Below, one piece after another: positions 1 through 10,375 of a stretch of DNA of 64,000 nt (position 1 is its first letter; every line of letters begins with the position of its first letter). The DNA comes from SAR202 cluster bacterium (GTDB taxonomy: Bacteria > Chloroflexota > Dehalococcoidia > Lucifugimonadales > VXLM01): contig JAKUTR010000007.1 of the NCBI GenBank assembly GCA_022448725.1, forward strand, positions 5,945-69,944, given 5' to 3'. The notes under the pieces were generated by a model. It saw nothing but the letters and a program-made list of their open reading frames with translations, made no database searches and was not told where the DNA came from. Made by a program: the position numbers and the translations under genes.

Positions 1-1453
1 GGGGGTCAGAGGTAGACCCTGAGTTACCAACGATGCTTATTGAAACGACTGGGAGACTACGTTCTTTGATATAGAGTACGTTTAGGCCGTTTGAGAGGAC
101 CTCGCGGGCTGGCACTGGTGGTGAGAATGACTTATCCGGCTTCCCGGGAGGGGTGATAGTTCTATCTAGCTTCACATGAGACCCAACGGTCACTTCTTTT
201 TCTGGAAGTACGGTCAGTCTCACCCGGTTGCCACCGAGGCGGTTTGCAACCTGTTTGATGTCATCTGGGGTAATGGCGCGGTAACGTTCGATATCTGAAT
301 TTATATTGCCCGGATCACTGGTGAAAATATTAAACAGGTTTAGTTGATCAGCCCGGCCTCCAAAACCACCAATGCGTTCGAGACTACGTACGTCGTCACT
401 TTCGAAGTGATTGAGGGCCCGTCCCAATTCCCGTTCACTTGGAGGAGTGGCCCTAAGCAGATTTAGTTCGGAGTCGGCTATTTCCTGAAGTTCATCAAGG
501 CTTTGGCCAGGGTTGCCAGTAATTTGAATTATGAATTCGCCGGCGATTTCCCGAGTGTAGTGAGCAACCATCACATCTCGCGCTATCTGCCGGGTGTAAA
601 CGAGTTCTCGGTACAGACGAGAGGTTTTCCCGTCTCCCAGTATTGATGCCATAAGGTCAAGCGCGGCCTCGTCTGGCCCAAACATGGGGCCAGTTGGCCA
701 TACAAGAGATAATCGCGGCAACTGGATCTTGTCTCGCATGTCGAGGCGCGACTCACCTACTAGGGGAGAGTGCATTTGTTTGACACGATCAATGGTTGGG
801 CCGGGAGGTAAGCTCCCGAAGTACCTCTCAATCTGCTCAATCGTATCCTCAACGTCTATGTCGCCTGCGATCGCCAGGCTTGCATTGTTAGGGGAATAGT
901 ATTTGTTAAAGAAATCCTTAACGTCATCGAGTTCGGCTGCTGTCAGGTCTTCTTGAGACCCAATAATTGGCCAACTGTAGGGGTGTGGGCTTGGGAAAAC
1001 GGCCGATTCCAGCGCAAGGTGAGACTTGCCATATGGCCGATTCTCGTAGCTCTGGCGGCGCTCATTCTTTACGACATCTCGCTGCAAGTCTAGACGGTTC
1101 TGGTCGAGTGCTTCGAGTAAGAAACCCATTCGGTCTGACTCCAGCCAGAGCACCATCTCTAGATGATTCGCTGGAACGGTGGTCCAGTAGTTCGTCCGAT
1201 CATGGGTGGTTGATCCGTTGATACTCGCACCAACCTTTTCTAGAGGCTCGAAGAAATCAGCATTGTGGTTCTTAGAGCCTTCAAACATTATGTGCTCAAA
1301 AAGGTGTGCAAACCCTGTGCGACCTTGGTCCTCATCTTTTGACCCGACGTGGTACCAGAGATTTACGGCTATGATTGGAAGGGTGTCGTCCTGGTGGAGG
1401 ATGACTTGGAGCCCGTTGGTTAAGGTATATTTCTCAAAATCGATAGATAGCAT
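1..1453 (-). CDS. M16 family zinc peptidase (insulinase/PqqL-like), partial, runs off the left edge
   Basis: Not in the ORF track, probably because it has no stop inside the window. Manual translation from ATG at 1453 gives MLSIDFEKYTLTNGLQVILHQDDTLPIIAVNLWYHVGSKDEDQGRTGFAHLFEHIMFEGS, with the inverted zinc motif HxxEH (HLFEH). Confidence 0.9.
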   Translation of the reverse strand, partial: MLSIDFEKYTLTNGLQVILHQDDTLPIIAVNLWYHVGSKDEDQGRTGFAHLFEHIMFEGSKNHNADFFEPLEKVGASINGSTTHDRTNYWTTVPANHLEMVLWLESDRMGFLLEALDQNRLDLQRDVVKNERRQSYENRPYGKSHLALESAVFPSPHPYSWPIIGSQEDLTAAELDDVKDFFNKYYSPNNASLAIAGDIDVEDTIEQIERYFGSLPPGPTIDRVKQMHSPLVGESRLDMRDKIQLPRLSLVWPTGPMFGPDEAALDLMASILGDGKTSRLYRELVYTRQIARDVMVAHYTREIAGEFIIQITGNPGQSLDELQEIADSELNLLRATPPSERELGRALNHFESDDVRSLERIGGFGGRADQLNLFNIFTSDPGNINSDIERYRAITPDDIKQVANRLGGNRVRLTVLPEKEVTVGSHVKLDRTITPPGKPDKSFSPPVPAREVLSNGLNVLYIKERSLPVVSISIVGNSGSTSDP

Positions 1454-1627
1454 CAAAAAACTCCGACTGCAAGACTTGTGTATGCTCAGCTATTATAAGG
1501 TGCTAATGGACTCAACAAGAGAAAGCCTGAGCTTTTACGGTAAGTTTACTATTGGGGAAGTAGGGAGGCGATGGCACATGCTATCGGTGATCCTTTGACT
1601 AAAGTGAAAGAAGCGATATTTTTACAG

Positions 1628-2929
1628 ATGAAAACATTTACATTGATAGCTTTTCTCGTCGGTATTGCTTTATCGAGCACGGCGTGCGGAGACTCCGATT
1701 CTCAAGAACCGACTGCAACACCTAGACCGACAAGAGTTGCCCGACCAACGCCTACCCTCGAGGCATTACCCACTGTTAGTTCTCAGGATTCTCTATCCAA
1801 GGCTGGTACTGCTACCACAGAGGGGATGCCGACTCCTATTCCAGCCGTTGGTCAGCCCGCCTTTGAAACCCTGGTAGGTCAGGCGGCACCGGAGTTGGTT
1901 GGCATTAGCAACTGGATTAACACTAGCCCATTCACTTTGAAAGATTTTCTTGGCAAAGTTGTACTAATTGATTTTTGGACATACACATGTGTCAACTGCA
2001 TCCGCACATTACCTATTCTTAAGGAGTGGGATGATAAATATTCGACCAGTGGGTTAGTTGTCATTGGTCTTCATTCACCTGAGTTTGAATTCGAAAAAGA
2101 TGCAGCAAATGTTGAAAAAGCGGTCGCCGATTTCGGAATAACATATCCAAACCTGCAGGATAATCAGATGGCTACTTGGAAGGCGTACCGGAATCAGGCT
2201 TGGCCAGCTAAATACCTGATTGATAAAGACGGGATCATTAGGTACTCCCACTTCGGTGAAGGGGCATACGATGAGACGGAGGATGAGATACGCCGATTGC
2301 TCAAGGAGGCGGGAGTCGATGTTGGTCTAATCGAAGATGGGGATATCATTGGAGGGACCTACCACAAAGGAGCCTTTGTGGAAGACCCTGAGCTCCAGCT
2401 AACCCGGGAGTTATACACTGGTTTGGAAAGAAACTTCACGGGGCTACAGTTTGAAGGATTGCCCTATGTTTTACATCGGGAATATTTTGAGAATCCTGAC
2501 AGTGACGTGCTCTATGTGGATGAGGCGAGTGAACACCTAAACCAGTTCATCTACCTGGAAGGCCTCTGGCACAACCATCTCGAGAGCCTGCAACATGCCC
2601 GGAAGACAGAGAATTATGAAGACTACATACTGGTTAACTTTCGAGCATCGGAAGTGAATGTAGTCCTCACTGTTCAGGAAAATGCCGAGCCCTACGAGGT
2701 GCGAGTTCTAGTTGATGATGCTCCCGTGGCGCGGCAGTTTGCTGGTGCTGATATTCGTTACGATGAACAGGAGAATAGTTTCATGCTGGTTGATCAGGAC
2801 CGAATGTACGCGGTCTTGAGCTTTCCTGAATTCGAGGGTCATGAGCTTAAGTTAAGTTCTAACTCAGACAGTTTCTCAGTCTTTGCCTACACCTTTGGGG
2901 CCTATACTGAACTTCATGATATCCCGTGA
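1628..2929 (+). CDS. Thioredoxin-fold redoxin lipoprotein, DipZ C-terminal-like
   Basis: Signal peptide with lipobox (LSSTA-C), P/T-rich linker, DFWTYTCVNCIRT CxxC motif, HSPEFEFEK, WPAKYLID, C-terminal 'FAYTFG' typical of DipZ soluble domains. Start moved to ATG 1628. Confidence 0.8.
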   Translation: MKTFTLIAFLVGIALSSTACGDSDSQEPTATPRPTRVARPTPTLEALPTVSSQDSLSKAGTATTEGMPTPIPAVGQPAFETLVGQAAPELVGISNWINTSPFTLKDFLGKVVLIDFWTYTCVNCIRTLPILKEWDDKYSTSGLVVIGLHSPEFEFEKDAANVEKAVADFGITYPNLQDNQMATWKAYRNQAWPAKYLIDKDGIIRYSHFGEGAYDETEDEIRRLLKEAGVDVGLIEDGDIIGGTYHKGAFVEDPELQLTRELYTGLERNFTGLQFEGLPYVLHREYFENPDSDVLYVDEASEHLNQFIYLEGLWHNHLESLQHARKTENYEDYILVNFRASEVNVVLTVQENAEPYEVRVLVDDAPVARQFAGADIRYDEQENSFMLVDQDRMYAVLSFPEFEGHELKLSSNSDSFSVFAYTFGAYTELHDIP

Positions 2930-3000
2930 CGGCAAATTTGATGATCCACCCTTAATACTCTCGCGGGGGTATGATGGGAAACTCTTTTTGGGGGGCTGAT

Positions 3001-3849
3001 ATGGTGCGCGAATCCCTGCGGTTTTTAGTGGTAATGGCACATCCCCACGATTTCACTCACGTAGCTGGAACTTGCGGTATCCATACGCGCCTTGGTGATG
3101 CAGTCACTTGGGTTGGGATGACAGCTGGACGGATGACCCATAACGAAAGGCTTGCAGACGAGCTCATGAAGCCTCTTGAGGAACAGGACCCGGCCATCGT
3201 TAATCAGTCTGAGGATGACTACGCGGCAGAGAAGACAGTGGAACTAAGGAAGGTAGCTGCTCTATTTGGTGTGGAGGATGTTCGGGTTCTGAAATATACA
3301 GACAAGCCTTATGTAGTGGAGCGCCAACGCGAATCTGTCGACGAAATCAGGGACATTATCCTTGAGATCAGGCCCCATATTATCTTCACGCAGAGCCCAT
3401 TTATTCGAGGGCCCCATGATCTCAAGACAGTAGCAAATAATGATCATACCGAAACAGGAGTAGCAGTCATGGAAGCCAAGCTATTGGCTCAGTTGCCCCG
3501 CCAAGGACAAAGAGTTGCCCCGTATACAACACCCATGACCTATTTCCCTGGTGTTTACTTCGATCAGGGTCAGTGGGACTTTACGGTTGATGTAACAGAC
3601 TTCTTTGAGGCGCGAGTCGAGGCTGAGGCCTTATATAGATCTCAGGGCCATACGCCAGAGTACGCTCGGCGTAGGGTCGAACTAACTCTTGGAAACGCCG
3701 GAATGTTTGCGGGAGTACCATACGCGGAAGGGTTTGTACAAGAGTCCGCACAAGTAGTGTCCCAGATCACCCTCAGCGACTATACTCTCAAGAAGGGTAC
3801 CCAAACCCGTGAAGATCAGATTAATCAAGTTGGTGGTCAAAGATCTTAA
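3001..3849 (+). CDS. PIG-L/LmbE family deacetylase-like protein
   Basis: LVVMAHPHD metal motif variant, 'IRPHIIFT', xDH, 'VDVTDFFEARVEAEALYRSQ', 'YAEGF'. Start ATG 3001 follows a G-rich RBS. Confidence 0.75.
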   Translation: MVRESLRFLVVMAHPHDFTHVAGTCGIHTRLGDAVTWVGMTAGRMTHNERLADELMKPLEEQDPAIVNQSEDDYAAEKTVELRKVAALFGVEDVRVLKYTDKPYVVERQRESVDEIRDIILEIRPHIIFTQSPFIRGPHDLKTVANNDHTETGVAVMEAKLLAQLPRQGQRVAPYTTPMTYFPGVYFDQGQWDFTVDVTDFFEARVEAEALYRSQGHTPEYARRRVELTLGNAGMFAGVPYAEGFVQESAQVVSQITLSDYTLKKGTQTREDQINQVGGQRS

Positions 3850-3925
3850 CGTCTCCCTCCGTGGTCCTCGCGTGTTCCTGTACAATGTTTGTTAATAACG
3901 TCCTTTTGTTCCGTAAAAAAACCTC

Positions 3926-5584
3926 ATGAATGACACACCGCTACGCGTTATCCCTCTCGGAGGCCTCGGGGAGATTGGCCGAAACATGATGGCCCTGGAG
4001 TACGGCAATGATATTGTCGTTATTGACGCAGGGGTTATGTTCCCTGAAGAAGGTATGCTAGGGATCGACTTTGTAATTCCTGACATCACCTATCTTGTGG
4101 AGAACGTTGATCGAGTCAAAGCGATCCTAATTACGCATGGCCATGAGGATCATATTGGTGCCCTTCCCTATGTTTTGCAGGAACTTGATGTACCTGTATA
4201 TGCTTCGCGTCTGACACACGGCCTGATCACGGTAAAATTGCGTGAGCACAAGCTGCTTGCAGACTCGCGGCTTAACGTTATTGAGCCCCACGAGCCATTT
4301 AGTATAGGCAAACTCAAAGTTGAATTCTTCCGAGTCTGCCACTCTATACCCGATGCTATGGGTGTTGCCATTCGAACGCCGCTTGGTACGGTTATCCATA
4401 CAGGGGATTTCAAGATTGACCATACTCCAGTAGATGGCAAGTCTACTGATTTCACATCCCTTGCACGGATTGTCGATGAAGGAGCACTGTTACTGTGCTC
4501 TGACTCCACGTATGCCGAAGTTGAGGGGTATACACTCTCTGAGCAGTTGGTTGGGGAGACACTGGACAGGGTTATTGGCGATGCTGACGGTCGAGTGATG
4601 GTCGCGACCTTCGCGTCATTAATTTCAAGAATGCAACAAGTGATTGATGCAGCAGTGAAGTACGACAGGAAAGTCACGGTGGTTGGTCGTAGCATGGTTA
4701 ATAATGTGAAGATGGCTCGAAACATGGGCTATCTGCAGGTGCCAGACGACGTCATTATTCCGATGGTCGAAGCGCGCCGACTTGCTGACCACAACGTTCT
4801 AATTCTTGCAACCGGGGCTCAAGGTGAACCTACCTCAGCATTGGTACGAATAGCTAACGGCGATCATCAAGACGTGGAAATTGTCGAAGGCGATACAGTG
4901 ATAATCTCAGCCTCCCCTATTCCTGGTAATGAGACTCTTGTCTCCCGGACCATTGACAATCTCCTGAGACAAGGCGCTAAAGTACTCTACAGTCGTATAG
5001 CCATGGTGCACGTTCACGGTCACGCAAGCCGAGAAGAGTTAAAATTGATGCTTGGCCTGGTGAAGCCGAAGTTTTTTGTTCCGATACACGGAGAGTTTCG
5101 CCATCTAATGGCACACGCCGCTATCGCAGAGTCTACGGGGGTAGAGAGGCAGAACATTTTCGTGCTTGAGGATGGCGATGTGTTAGCCCTTGAGGAGGAG
5201 CGAGGAGAGGTTGTGGATGACGTACCCGCGGGGTACGTGTATGTTGATGGCAACCGGCGTTGGGGTACGGAGAGTACCGTATTAGACGAACGGCGAAGGC
5301 TTTCACGTGACGGAGTAGTGATACTGACGGTTACTATGGACCGCGCCTCTGGTGAACTACTCAAGACGCCAGAACTGACATCACGCGGATTTGTGGACAC
5401 ACTGGAAACAGATGAGATTTTTGAGAAAGCTTCCGATGTAGTCCAAAAAGCACTGGAAAAGAAAGCCAGAAAAGATGCAGAATGGGGGCAAGTGGAAATT
5501 GAGGTGCGCCGGGAAGTTGCTCGGTACTTACATGATGAGACCGGTATTAGGCCATTAATCTTAACGCAGATTGAACTTATATAG
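3926..5584 (+). CDS. rnj: Ribonuclease J
   Basis: IPLGGLGEIGRNM, THGHEDHIG, HSIPD, TGDFK, GAQGEP, HVHGHA, PIHGE motifs; 552 aa. Confidence 0.95.
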   Translation: MNDTPLRVIPLGGLGEIGRNMMALEYGNDIVVIDAGVMFPEEGMLGIDFVIPDITYLVENVDRVKAILITHGHEDHIGALPYVLQELDVPVYASRLTHGLITVKLREHKLLADSRLNVIEPHEPFSIGKLKVEFFRVCHSIPDAMGVAIRTPLGTVIHTGDFKIDHTPVDGKSTDFTSLARIVDEGALLLCSDSTYAEVEGYTLSEQLVGETLDRVIGDADGRVMVATFASLISRMQQVIDAAVKYDRKVTVVGRSMVNNVKMARNMGYLQVPDDVIIPMVEARRLADHNVLILATGAQGEPTSALVRIANGDHQDVEIVEGDTVIISASPIPGNETLVSRTIDNLLRQGAKVLYSRIAMVHVHGHASREELKLMLGLVKPKFFVPIHGEFRHLMAHAAIAESTGVERQNIFVLEDGDVLALEEERGEVVDDVPAGYVYVDGNRRWGTESTVLDERRRLSRDGVVILTVTMDRASGELLKTPELTSRGFVDTLETDEIFEKASDVVQKALEKKARKDAEWGQVEIEVRREVARYLHDETGIRPLILTQIELI

Positions 5585-5591
5585 GATCGTC

Positions 5592-6314
5592 ATGTCATCG
5601 ATACGTAGTCGGTTCTCAAGTTGGCAACCCCAGTCCCAGGAAGGTTTCACCCTCATTGAGTTGGTGGTGGTCATAGCGATTCTGGGAATATTGGTTGCCA
5701 TTGCAGTGCCGGTTATCTCTGGTTATCTAAGTACCTCAAAGCAGCAAGCCTATATCGCCGATCAGAAAATGATTCAGGTGGCGGTGGATGGGTATTTTGC
5801 CAGCCCCGATAACCCTCGTTATCAAGGTAAGCGTCAATATCCTACCGTTGCCAATCTAAATGCAGGCATAGTTAATGCTTTGCACGACCTTGTAGTTTTT
5901 GGTAGTACGGAGCCTATTGAGATCACTGGTACCACCTCGACGAATCCAATGGGAGGAACTGGGGGAGGCTTTCCGATATGGCTTGATCGGGATGGGGATG
6001 GAACGCGACGGAATTCCGATGCCGAGCCGCTATATTTACCAGACGCGAATGTTGAGGCAGAGGATCAATGGAAGGCTGAATTCGTGACCCTTTCCAGTGG
6101 GAGAATCTACGTCATTGATACGAGGGACTACTTAATCGCTTTCGATGAACTTGTGACAGCCGGATTATTAGAAGAAACCCCGAAATCAGCTTCTGCGGAT
6201 CATGGGGGAACGGGTAGTTATTCATGGTTTGTGGATACTGAAGGTAAAGTCCGTAGTCTCTATTTCTTCTACCCAACGCTAGAAAACCAAGGCTACCAGA
6301 ACGTATTCCCGTAG
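5592..6314 (+). CDS. Type IV pilin / type II secretion pseudopilin-like protein
   Basis: Prepilin peptidase site QEG|FTLIELVVVIAILGILVAIAVP with Glu at +5. Start ATG 5592. Confidence 0.85.
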   Translation: MSSIRSRFSSWQPQSQEGFTLIELVVVIAILGILVAIAVPVISGYLSTSKQQAYIADQKMIQVAVDGYFASPDNPRYQGKRQYPTVANLNAGIVNALHDLVVFGSTEPIEITGTTSTNPMGGTGGGFPIWLDRDGDGTRRNSDAEPLYLPDANVEAEDQWKAEFVTLSSGRIYVIDTRDYLIAFDELVTAGLLEETPKSASADHGGTGSYSWFVDTEGKVRSLYFFYPTLENQGYQNVFP

Positions 6315-6405
6315 TCGTAGCTCTGGTTCATCTCACCCGGGCGATGCTTGTACCCCCTTGATTGCAAGGGTATGATTCCGCTGATACTTCCCTGAAAGGG
6401 TGTGT

Positions 6406-7980
6406 ATGGATATCTCCCGTAAGAACCGTCTTATCATTAGCAACGATGACGGCTGGATTATGTCTAACATGACCGGTCCTGTAACTCCGGAAACCATCGC
6501 AAGCATGATGGTGGAGACTTACCCTGGGTCCCCCATAGGTGGCGTCTCTTGGTGTGTTGGCAATAGCGAGACATTCGAGTTTGAGACTGAGGTTGGAGAG
6601 CGATCCGGGGACGGGTACGAGCATTTTGAGACGATTCGTGAGGCATGGATGTACAAGAACTTGCTGAGCCTTATCGAGTCGTCGGGCGGACCACTTACTG
6701 AGATTAATCGCCAGTTCAGCAACGTGGGAATCGACATCTTCCCGTCAATGCGAATGAATAGTCATTACGATGTTGGCTATGGGTCTCCCGGTCACGGTAA
6801 ATTTCGAAGAGAACATAGTGACTGGCTGATTGGTAGGCCGTACGAAGAGATCCCGTTCCCTACTCTTGAGCACGCCATAGCTCGTGGAGTCGATTATAAG
6901 TATCCAGGGGTACGGGAACATATTTTGGGGGTTATATTCGAGCTAATTGATAAGTTCGATGTCGCTGGTATCGAACTAGATTACTTTCGGCACCCGGCTT
7001 TTTTTCGTGTTGAAGAAGCTTACTCAAATCGGTACTTAATGACTGACTTCATTCGTCTTGTCCGCAAGCGACTCGACGAGGTTGGTAACCAACGTGGTAA
7101 ACACCTTGACCTACTCGTTAGAGTCCCATCATCACTGTATGACGCTCAGCGAATAGGATTGGACGTTGGCGAATGGATAAAAGAGGACCTCGTTGACATC
7201 GTTGCTGCTGGCGGTGGATTCATGCCGTTTGATCAGCCGATTCGAGAGTTTGTGGAGATTGCTGAAGGCACAAATTGTCTTATTTACGGGAGTCTTGAAG
7301 CGCTTCGGTGGACACTTGATGAGGAAGTACTTTACGCGGCTGCTTCCCGGTTTTGGGAGGCTGGTGTCGATGGGTTTTACCTATTTAACTATTTCAATAC
7401 TCCTAGAGAATGGAAGACCAGAGTGTTGGGTAACATGGTTGACAGGGACAAGTTGAAACGCCTCAACAAACAGTACGAACTCGACCACAGTGATCGTATT
7501 GCAAGTAAGCATGCCCATGTGGGGGCATTTAGGTATGCGGAACCGTGGGCCTCGTTACCAGTTTTTATTGAAGAGACTCAACCCGGTGGCGGCGTTGCCT
7601 TAACCCTTGACATCGGAGATGACGTTGAGGGAGCCAAAAAGGAAGGGAGCCTCGAGGGATGTAAGCTGAGTCTTGGATTCGTTGGTATTGCTGAGGATGA
7701 CGAACTTGACGTGAAACTAAATGGGAAGGATGTGCCGCAGGAGCCCTCTGAAGTATCGGAGAACGGGTGGCGGTACACGGCATTTGACGGACAGGTTTAC
7801 CACACCACGATGTCAACACGGGCGGTTGAAGGGAAGTTGATCACCTTTGATGTGACTGAGGTGCCCATTTTAAAGGGAAGGAATGAAATTCTTCTGCGGT
7901 TCACAAAGGGAGAGTCACCACACTTCAAACCTGTAACTCTAGCTGAAGCTCGACTAAACATCGCATATAAGCAGGATTGA
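6406..7980 (+). CDS. Glycoside hydrolase-like TIM-barrel protein (GHL10/DUF187-like) with C-terminal beta-sandwich
   Basis: N-terminal IISNDDG, 'SMRMN', 'DYKYPGVREH', 'AGIELDYFRHP', 'GVDGFYLFNY', C-terminal 'VKLNG...LKGRNEI'. Confidence 0.6.
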   Translation: MDISRKNRLIISNDDGWIMSNMTGPVTPETIASMMVETYPGSPIGGVSWCVGNSETFEFETEVGERSGDGYEHFETIREAWMYKNLLSLIESSGGPLTEINRQFSNVGIDIFPSMRMNSHYDVGYGSPGHGKFRREHSDWLIGRPYEEIPFPTLEHAIARGVDYKYPGVREHILGVIFELIDKFDVAGIELDYFRHPAFFRVEEAYSNRYLMTDFIRLVRKRLDEVGNQRGKHLDLLVRVPSSLYDAQRIGLDVGEWIKEDLVDIVAAGGGFMPFDQPIREFVEIAEGTNCLIYGSLEALRWTLDEEVLYAAASRFWEAGVDGFYLFNYFNTPREWKTRVLGNMVDRDKLKRLNKQYELDHSDRIASKHAHVGAFRYAEPWASLPVFIEETQPGGGVALTLDIGDDVEGAKKEGSLEGCKLSLGFVGIAEDDELDVKLNGKDVPQEPSEVSENGWRYTAFDGQVYHTTMSTRAVEGKLITFDVTEVPILKGRNEILLRFTKGESPHFKPVTLAEARLNIAYKQD

Positions 7981-8096
7981 CTAGATAACGCAGTGGACAA
8001 GCTATGTTGATCAAAGTTTGTGTTGGAGATACAGATAGGGTTGTGCGCGATCGTATGATATAAGGGGCGCCAGAGCCCGATGCTTAGGAGGATGCC

Positions 8097-9137
8097 ATGC
8101 CGAAACCGTACGCGTTACTCAGGGCGGGATTCCCTTACTTAAAAACCGTTGGCGTGAAGGGTATGATTGATGATCCGCTTGACGTTGCTTTTGGAGAGGA
8201 AGGACGTGTCTATGTACTTGGCAACGGTCCTATCCAAATCACCAATATAGATCATGAAAACCTTGGAACTATTGGAGGTCGGGCGAAAGCAGTCGACTTT
8301 CAGGCTAATGGTGATGTTGTCACCGTCGACGAGGGAGATCTTTTCATGCCGGCACAGATCATCATAGATGCCCAGGAGAGACTGTATGTGTCCGACGAAG
8401 CCTGCCACACCATTAGCGTTTTTGATAAGGACGGAACCTTCGCAAGCCGCTGGGGTGATTTTGGTAGCGGAGATGGACAGTTGCGGCGACCCTCGGGCTT
8501 AGCGTTCGACCCTAATGAGAATATCTATGTGGTCGACACGATGAACCATCGAGTTCAGAAATTCACAAAGGATGGCACCTTTCTTACTAATTGGGGACGG
8601 CAGGGGGTTGGCGAAGGTGAGTTTGACATGCCTTGGGGAGTAGCAGTCGATGGTGACGGCGATGTGTACGTAAGTGATTGGAGAAATGACCGGGTGCAGA
8701 AATTCTCTGCTGACGGCGATTTTTTATTCGCATTTGGCGAGACAGGGACTGAGAAAGGCCAGTTTGTGCGACCTGCTGGTATTGATGTTGACGTTGACTT
8801 TGACATCTATGTCTGCGATTGGGGAAATAACCGGATTCAGTTGTTCTCCCCAGAGGGTAAATACGTTCAACAATTTACAGGAGATGCAACACTATCAAAA
8901 CCTGCTCTAGAAGCGATGCGCACGCGTTTACGTACCGTCCGGCTTCGGACGATGGCCGATCTTGAGATAGAGAAGATGTTTCGCGGTCCGAGGTCAGTGC
9001 GAGTTAACGGAGAAGGACTGATGTATGTTCCGGACTATGAGTCCTACCGGTTGCAGGTATATCAGAAAGAAGCTTATCAGTTAGAGCCACATCAACTTGC
9101 ACCAGAGTTAAAAGCCCCTTCGTTACAGCCAAACTAA
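8097..9137 (+). CDS. NHL-repeat beta-propeller protein
   Basis: Repeated 'P.G.A.D...IYV.D..N.RVQKF..DG.F...WG..G...G.F' units; strong RBS AGGAGG; no signal peptide. Confidence 0.9.
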   Translation: MPKPYALLRAGFPYLKTVGVKGMIDDPLDVAFGEEGRVYVLGNGPIQITNIDHENLGTIGGRAKAVDFQANGDVVTVDEGDLFMPAQIIIDAQERLYVSDEACHTISVFDKDGTFASRWGDFGSGDGQLRRPSGLAFDPNENIYVVDTMNHRVQKFTKDGTFLTNWGRQGVGEGEFDMPWGVAVDGDGDVYVSDWRNDRVQKFSADGDFLFAFGETGTEKGQFVRPAGIDVDVDFDIYVCDWGNNRIQLFSPEGKYVQQFTGDATLSKPALEAMRTRLRTVRLRTMADLEIEKMFRGPRSVRVNGEGLMYVPDYESYRLQVYQKEAYQLEPHQLAPELKAPSLQPN

Positions 9138-9175
9138 CTTTGAATACTATTTGAGGTTAATTTGTCCAGCATCGG

Positions 9176-9538
9176 TTAGTCGACCAATACCAGGCTATGG
9201 TCGAGCAAGATCAGGTACGGTTCTCCGAACTGATCCTCGTTTTCTAGGTCCCACCCGCTACTGCCTTCAGGCTTTAGACGAATCCCCCAGTCGTCACCGT
9301 AGATTAGGTGGGCTCTTGCTTGGCCAGAATCAGATACGGGGGCGTAAGTGGCGGGGACAGGGGTTCCTTCACCTGTGCTGCTCCAGCCAGTTACCTCATA
9401 CACGCCGTGTGGGTGGTCGGGTTCCTCAAGTCGAACCCTCTTGATCGTGATCGGCTCAGCCTGTGGTTCGTACACCTGCATCGGCATGTAGTCGCAATTT
9501 TCGTTACCTTCGACTTCGATATAGATGTAATCAGGCAT
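9176..9538 (-). CDS. Hypothetical acidic protein (120 aa)
   Basis: Fills the gap downstream of fabI on the same strand; protein-like composition. Confidence 0.65.
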   Translation of the reverse strand: MPDYIYIEVEGNENCDYMPMQVYEPQAEPITIKRVRLEEPDHPHGVYEVTGWSSTGEGTPVPATYAPVSDSGQARAHLIYGDDWGIRLKPEGSSGWDLENEDQFGEPYLILLDHSLVLVD

Positions 9539-9598
9539 TTACGATTCCCGTTATACAGTGGATGTTATCCCATCCTCAGAGTAGTCAAGGGGAGGTTG

Positions 9599-10375
9599 TT
9601 AGATGCCCATGATGTTATAACCGGCATCGACATGTACGATCTCGCCTGTGATTCCACTAGCTAGATCACTGGAGAGAAACAAGGCTGCTTTGGCTACTTC
9701 ATCTGTGGTTATATTGCGTTTCATTGCCGAGCGCTCAGCGGCAACTTTTTTCATATCACGATATTGACTTATGGCGCGGGAAGATAAGGTGTCGAGCGGT
9801 CCTGCAGAAATGGCGTTAACACGTATGCCTTGTGGCCCCACATCAGATGCAAGTTGTCGCACGGCATTCTCAAGGGCCGCCTTTGCTGTTCCCATAACGT
9901 TGTAGCCAGGGAATACGCGTTCAGACGCCTGGAAGGTCATGGCAATAACGCTGCCGCCATCGGTCATCAATGGGGCTGCGTATCTAACTACTGGGATGAG
10001 AGAGTATGCACTGATGTCTAGCGCAAGTGTAAACCCCTCGCGGTCAGTTTTCATGTACTCGCCGCCGAGATCTTCTCGGTTGGCGAATGCGATACTGTGG
10101 ACGATAGTGTCAAGCTTGCCAAACGACGTCTCCAATTGCTGGTACGTCGCCTCAACGTTCTTATCATCACTAACATCGCACTCAATCAATACTGTGTCAT
10201 CATCCCAATCAGAAACGAGTTTCTCAACAACGCCTCGAACCCGTTCATTCTGGTAAGCGATCGCTAGCTTAACCCCTGCGTCATGCAAAATATTGGCGAT
10301 AGCCCACGCGATACTTCTATGATTAGCGACGCCAAAAACAATCCCCGTCTTGCCACTTAACTCAACTGGATACAT
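9599..10375 (-). CDS. fabI: Enoyl-[ACP] reductase FabI
   Basis: GVANHRSIAWAIA, VHSIAFA, YNVMGTAKAALE (YxxxxxxK), RVNAISAGP, VDAG. Start at ATG 10375 after GGAGG. Confidence 0.93.
   Translation of the reverse strand: MYPVELSGKTGIVFGVANHRSIAWAIANILHDAGVKLAIAYQNERVRGVVEKLVSDWDDDTVLIECDVSDDKNVEATYQQLETSFGKLDTIVHSIAFANREDLGGEYMKTDREGFTLALDISAYSLIPVVRYAAPLMTDGGSVIAMTFQASERVFPGYNVMGTAKAALENAVRQLASDVGPQGIRVNAISAGPLDTLSSRAISQYRDMKKVAAERSAMKRNITTDEVAKAALFLSSDLASGITGEIVHVDAGYNIMGI

Noticed and set aside
684-1598. Plus-strand ORFs 684..899, 967..1221, 1206..1598 and the many other short antisense or alternate-frame ORFs
   Set aside because: Shadows of real genes (here the M16 peptidase) with no independent motifs.
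6355-6376. Recurrent CCCTTG-N-CAAGGG motif (similar near 11429)
   Set aside because: Short, variable spacing, too few instances to separate from chance.
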